Shown: one piece after another, positions 39,861-40,648 of the stretch
Layout of the letters: each line of letters begins with the position of its first letter
Position numbering within the stretch: position 1 is the first letter of the stretch
Source of the DNA: an uncultured Alphaproteobacteria bacterium
GTDB taxonomy: Bacteria > Pseudomonadota > Alphaproteobacteria > Caulobacterales > Caulobacteraceae
DNA: 40,648 nucleotides
Assembly: GCA_903912465.1 (NCBI GenBank)
Contig: CAIWHQ010000057.1
Location: forward strand, 1-40,648
Direction of reading: 5' to 3'
Made by a program: the position numbers and the translations under genes
Notes under the pieces: model-generated
What the model saw: only the letters and a program-made list of their open reading frames with translations
The model's database searches: none
What the model was told of the DNA's origin: nothing

Positions 39861-39977
39861 CTAGAGCCTGTTCCCTTCAGATGGAACGTCTGAAGGGGCA
39901 AAACAGGCTCCAGGCCCATAACGTTAGAGCCTGTTTCGGTCTGATAACCGGTTCCCACCTGTCGGAACCCGATCCAC
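39861..39977 (-). repeat. 117-bp bipartite palindromic repeat, copy B (inverted relative to copy A)
   Basis: CTAGAGCCTGTT-CCCTTCAGA-TGGAACG-TCTGAAGGG-GCAA-AACAGGCTC arm plus a second, more degenerate arm; overlaps the mtaB 3' end. Confidence 0.88.
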
Positions 39978-40646
39978 CGCCTGACCGCCCGCGATCCTGG
40001 GGTCGGGTTCAGCCAGGAGCCGACGTCCGTCCTGGCCGGTGACCCGGAAGGTCCGGATCTCCCCGGCGGGGGCGGAACCGGAAAACGCGATCTCCGAGAA
40101 GTCTTCGGCCCGCGCCAGCCCGGGGCGCTCGACCAGGCCCTGGACGTCGCGCCCGACCCGGGACGCCAGGTGCCGGGCCAGGGCCGCCTCCCCCGCCGCC
40201 CGGAGCCGGGCGGCGCGCTCGCGCACCTCCGCCTTCGGGACCGGCGGCATCCGCGCGGCCGGCGTCCCTGGGCGGGGGCTGTAGGGAAAGACATGCAGAA
40301 AGGCGAGGCCGGCCGCCTCCACCAGGTCGAGGGTGTTGCGAAACATGGCCTCGGTCTCGGTGGGGAAGCCGGCGATCAGGTCGGCACCGAAGGCGACGTC
40401 CGGGCGCACGGCCCGCACGTCGGCGACGAGCCTGAGGGCGTCGGCCCGGCTGTGGCGGCGCTTCATCCGCTTGAGGATCATGTCGTCCCCGGCCTGCAGG
40501 GACAGGTGCAGGTGCGGCATGAGCCGGGGCTCATTCCCCAGCAGGGCCATGAGGTCCGGATCGATCTCGGCGGCGTCGATGGAGGACAGGCGCAGGCGCG
40601 GCAGGTCGGGGACCAGGCGCAGGATCCGGCCCGCCAGCTGGCCCAG
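39924..40646 (-). CDS. mtaB: tRNA methylthiotransferase MtaB (MiaB-like), C-terminal part; 5' end outside window
   Basis: RLRLSSID, PHLHLSLQAGDDMILKRMKRRH, GADLIAGFPTETE, HVFPYSPRPGTPAA; mtaB-ftsY synteny. Confidence 0.9.
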   Translation of the reverse strand: MGQLAGRILRLVPDLPRLRLSSIDAAEIDPDLMALLGNEPRLMPHLHLSLQAGDDMILKRMKRRHSRADALRLVADVRAVRPDVAFGADLIAGFPTETEAMFRNTLDLVEAAGLAFLHVFPYSPRPGTPAARMPPVPKAEVRERAARLRAAGEAALARHLASRVGRDVQGLVERPGLARAEDFSEIAFSGSAPAGEIRTFRVTGQDGRRLLAEPDPRIAGGQAVDRVPTGGNRLSDRNRL

Positions 40647-40648
40647 CG

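Noticed and set aside
37673-39977. Repeats as CRISPR array or IS element
   Set aside because: Only two inverted copies, no spacers, no cas genes and no transposase

Overview
High-GC chromosomal core region of a Caulobacteraceae bacterium (Phenylobacterium/Caulobacter-like, inferred from gene order and protein sequences). Gene order: addB(partial)-addA-trxA; then on the minus strand folC, accD, trpA, trpB, trpF, mscL, ihfB, rpsA, cmk, aroA; TIGR02300 protein and tRNA-Ala(GGC); an orphan GT4 glycosyltransferase; hsp20-DUF1150; minus-strand ptsN, hpf, rpoN, [alpha/beta hydrolase, sulfatase], lptB, lptA, lptC, rnd, tRNA-Leu(CAG); NDUFA9-like SDR; uppP, thpR; yccA; DUF2794; DUF1223; acnA; ccmAB-[Spy/CpxP-like]-ccmCDG; a small ORF; marR, ispZ, ftsY, mtaB(partial). 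No CRISPR, transposase, integrase or phage gene was found, and I see no clearly new multi-gene system. The most interesting signals are small or non-coding. (1) Two ~84%-identical 117-bp palindromic repeats (CIR/RIME-like, without GANTC sites) in inverted orientation around marR-ispZ-ftsY; they supply stop codons for three genes, encode the last 17 aa of MtaB and may form the ftsY promoter. (2) A structured, C-rich candidate sRNA between DUF2794 and DUF1223. (3) A ROSE-type RNA thermometer on hsp20. (4) A sulfatase plus lipoprotein-hydrolase pair interrupting lptB-rpoN. (5) Several apparently leaderless genes. All calls were made by eye; no database searches were run.
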